Shown in pieces: positions 62,067-64,000 of a stretch of 64,000 nt of DNA (the first letter of the stretch is position 1; each line of letters begins with the position of its first letter). This DNA is from Eledone cirrhosa (taxonomy: Eukaryota). A program made the position numbers and the translations under genes. Under the pieces are notes generated by a model. That model saw only the letters and a list, made by a program, of their open reading frames with translations, ran no database searches and had not been told where the DNA came from. Location of the stretch: NCBI GenBank assembly GCA_964016885.1, contig OZ024741.1:5394001-5458000 (forward strand). Direction: 5' to 3'.

Positions 62067-64000
62067 GTGGTCCACTTGAGGAGGTTATTACAGTGGTCCA
62101 CTTTAGGTTATTACAGTGGTCCACCTGAGGTTATTACAGTGGTCCACTTGAGGAGGTTATTACAGTGGTCCACTTCAGGTTATTACAGTGGTGCACTTGA
62201 GGAGCCTATTACAGTGGTCCACTTGAGGTTATTAAAGTGGTCCACTTGAGGAGGTTATTACAGTGGTATATTTTAGGTGGCTATTACAGTGGTCCACTTG
62301 AGGAGGTTATTACAGTGGTCCACTTGAGGAGGTTATTACAGTGGTCCACTTGAGGAGGTTATTACAGTGGTCCACTTGAGGTTATTACAGTGGTCCACGT
62401 GAGGAGGCTATTACAGTGGTCCACTTGAGGTGGCTATTACAGTGGTCCACTTGACGAGGTTATTACGGTGGTCCACTTGAGGAGGCTATTACAGTGGTCC
62501 ACTTGAGGAGGCTATTACAGAGGTCCACTTGAGGTGGTTATTACAGTGGTCCACTTGAGGTTATTACAGTGGTCCACTTGAGGAGGTTATTACAGTGGTC
62601 CACTTGAGGTTATTACAGTGGTCCACGTGAGGAGGCTATTACAGTGGTCCACTTGAGGAGGCTATTACAGTGGTCCACTTCAGGTTATTACAGTGGTGCA
62701 CTTGAGGAGCCTATTACAGTGGTCCACTTGAGGTTATTAAAGTGGTCCACTTGAGGATGTTATTACAGTGGTACAGCTTAGGTGGCTATTACAGTGGTCC
62801 ACTTGAGGAGGTTATTACAGTGGTCCACTTGAGGAGGTTATTACAGTGGTCCACTTGAGGAGGTTATTACAGTGGTCCACTTGAGGTTATTACAGTGGTC
62901 CACGTGAGGAGGCTATTACAGTGGTCCACTTGAGGTGGCTATTACAGTGGTCCACTTGACGAGGTTATTACGGTGGTCCACTTGAGGAGGCTATTACAGT
63001 GGTCAACTTGAGGTGGCTATTACAGTGGTCCACTTGAGGTTATTACAGTGGTCCACTTGAGGAGGTTATTACAGTGGTTCACTTGAGGTTATTACAGTGG
63101 TCCACGTGAGGAGGCTATTACAGTGGTCCACTTGAGGAGGCTATTACAGTGGTCCACTTGAGGAGGCTATTACAGTGGTCCACTTGAGGTTATTACAGTT
63201 GTCCACTTGAGGAAGCTATTACAGTGGTCCACTTGAGGTTATTACAGTGGTCCACTTGAGGAAGCTATTACAGTGGTCCACTTGAGGTTATTACAGTGGT
63301 CCACTTGAGGAGGCTATTACAGTGGTCCACTTGAGGTTATTACAGTGGTCCACTTGAGGAGGTTATTACAGTGGTCCACTTGAGGAGGCTATTACAGTGG
63401 TCCACTTGAGGTTATTACAGTGGTCCACTTGAGGAGGTTATTACAGTGGTCCACTTGAGGAGGTTATTACAGTGGTCCACTTGAGGTTAATACAGAGGTC
63501 CACTTGAGGAGGTTATTACAGTGGTCCACTTGAGGTTATTACAGTGGTCCATTTGAGGAGGTTATTACAGTGGTCCACTTGAGGAGGTTATTACAGTGGT
63601 CCACTTGAGGTTATTACAGTGGTCCACTTCAGGAGGCTATTACAGTGGTCCACTTGAAGAGGCTATTACAGTGGTCCACTTGAGAAGGTTATTACAGTGG
63701 TCCTCTTGAGGTTATTACAGTGGTCCACTTGAGGAGGCTATTAGAGTGGTCCACTTGAGGAGGTTATTACAGTGGTCCACTTGAGAAGGTTATTACAGTG
63801 GTTCACTTGAGGTTATTACAGTGGTCAACTTGAGGAGGCTATTACAGTGGTCCACTTGAGGTGGTTATTACAGCGGTCCACTTGAGGTTATTACAGTGGT
63901 CCACTTGAGGCTATTACAGTGGTCCACTTGCGGAGGCTATTACAGAGGTCCACTTGAGGAGGTTATTATAGGGGTCCACTTGAGGTGGTTATTACAGTGG
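62067..64000 (+). repeat. Block W'' (truncated by window end)
   Basis: W markers GGTATATTTT (~62265) and GGTACAGCTT (~62770) occur in the same order as in 19524-21460. Confidence 0.85.

Larger units (their letters stand above)
1..64000 (+). repeat. Tandem satellite array, monomer TTGAGG(AGG)TTATTACAGTGGTCCAC (23/26 bp), head-to-tail, extending beyond both window ends
   Basis: Every line consists of this monomer with scattered substitutions. Three main classes: 23-mer TTGAGGTTATT..., 26-mer TTGAGGAGGTTATT..., 26-mer TTGAGGAGGCTATT.... Consensus 26-mer composition is T8 G8 A6 C4 with no CpG. Confidence 0.99.

Noticed and set aside
1-64000. CRISPR array (short partly palindromic repeats)
   Set aside because: Repeats abut directly, with no unique spacers, leader or cas genes.
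1-64000. Telomerase-made repeat (TTGAGG is like TTAGGG/TTAGG; some budding yeasts have 23-26-bp telomere units)
   Set aside because: Variants are inherited in multi-kilobase blocks, which indicates recombinational amplification and not templated addition. The monomer matches no telomeric unit I recognise. A subtelomeric location is not excluded.
1-64000. G-quadruplex-forming array
   Set aside because: The consensus has only GG runs with loops up to 10 nt; canonical clusters of four G3 tracts are absent.
1-64000. Pure artefact (rolling-circle/PCR concatemer or simulated repeat)
   Set aside because: Nested duplications of different ages, allelic series and block-private SNPs fit an evolved array better. 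Local misassembly of block order remains possible.
1-64000. Minus-strand coding
   Set aside because: The minus-strand monomer contains TAATAA and the frame rotates each monomer; the ORF track lists no minus-strand ORFs.

Overview
The whole 64-kb window is one uninterrupted, single-orientation tandem satellite array. I see no genes, RNA genes, CRISPR spacers or mobile elements. The monomer is TTGAGG(AGG)TTATTACAGTGGTCCAC, a 23-bp short form and a 26-bp long form that differ by one AGG; there are about 2,600 copies (estimate, 64,000/~24.7). Each monomer carries an 11-bp dyad (AGTGG-T-CCACT) and a CCACTTGAG motif across the monomer junction. Rare variant monomers, used as landmarks, show nested higher-order repeats: local duplications of 153, 375, 505, 542 and 1,243 bp; blocks of 2.7-11 kb (named X, Y, Z, W, V here); and super-units arranged XYZWV (29,565 bp) | XY'W'V' (26,677 bp) | Y''W''... 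Nearly all length differences between copies are whole numbers of monomers. All ORFs in the track are chance read-throughs of the repeat. The architecture resembles eukaryotic heterochromatic satellite (centromeric, pericentromeric or subtelomeric), but I do not recognise the family or the organism. Offsets were worked out by eye from landmarks and ORF-track coordinates, not by alignment.
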